DNA from: Fonticula alba ATCC 38817
Taxonomy: Eukaryota; Protista; Nucleariida
Assembly (NCBI GenBank): GCA_000388065.2
Contig: KB932204.1
Reading direction: 5' to 3' (one strand)
DNA length: 6,441 nt
Positions 6,405 through 6,441 of the stretch are shown piece by piece. The notes beneath the pieces are model-generated. The model saw nothing but the letters and a program-made list of their open reading frames with translations. It did not search any database and was not told where the DNA came from. Both the position numbers and the translations under genes were made by a program. Each line of letters opens with the position of its first letter. The first letter of the stretch is position 1.

Positions 6405-6441
6405 CGGCTGCGTCACCCCCACAAGTTCCGGGGGGGGGGGG
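6309..6441 (-). CDS. Possible 3' end of an upstream minus-strand gene (...PELVGVTQP-A13-SPPPEADRGEHRAGIECS*), product unknown
   Basis: Open frame from the right edge to TGA at 6311-6309. The (GCC)13 run reads as poly-Ala using the same Ala codon favoured in the RhoGEF exons, on the same strand. No domain is recognisable. Confidence 0.35.
6366..6404 (+). repeat. (GGC)13 / (GCC)13 trinucleotide repeat
   Basis: 13 perfect units counted. Confidence 0.97.

Noticed and set aside
1-6441. Alphaherpesvirus repeat region (ICP0/LAT-like), suggested by GC content and G/C runs
   Set aside because: No viral protein motif was found. The Cys motifs are not a RING finger, and the gene is a cellular DEP-containing GEF with ordinary spliceosomal introns.

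Overview
This is very GC-rich eukaryotic genomic DNA, not prokaryotic, with many G/C homopolymers and microsatellites. The one well-supported gene is on the minus strand at 1-1897. It is the 5' part of a spliced Rom1/Rom2/Rgf1-type RhoGEF, with coding exons 1897-1252, 1043-493 and 308-165 plus a probable fourth exon starting at 73. All three introns have a GTGCGT donor and a YAG acceptor, and the reading frame is preserved across each junction. The spliced product has a low-complexity N-terminus, a DEP domain split by intron 1, and the paired CYS-x-x-C motifs that follow DEP in fungal Rom/Rgf proteins. The six-frame ORF track misses this because the DEP/Cys exon frame is reached only by splicing. 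The intron style, composition and a fungal-type GEF with low-complexity insertions suggest a holomycotan protist such as Fonticula; this is an inference, not an identification. Positions ~1900-6300 look non-coding. They hold candidate 5' micro-exons, an exact 34-bp direct repeat pair, a single AT-rich island containing the only AATAAA, and a few hairpins. The right edge may hold the last codons of another minus-strand gene. I found no well-supported novel system; the leads below are modest and testable.
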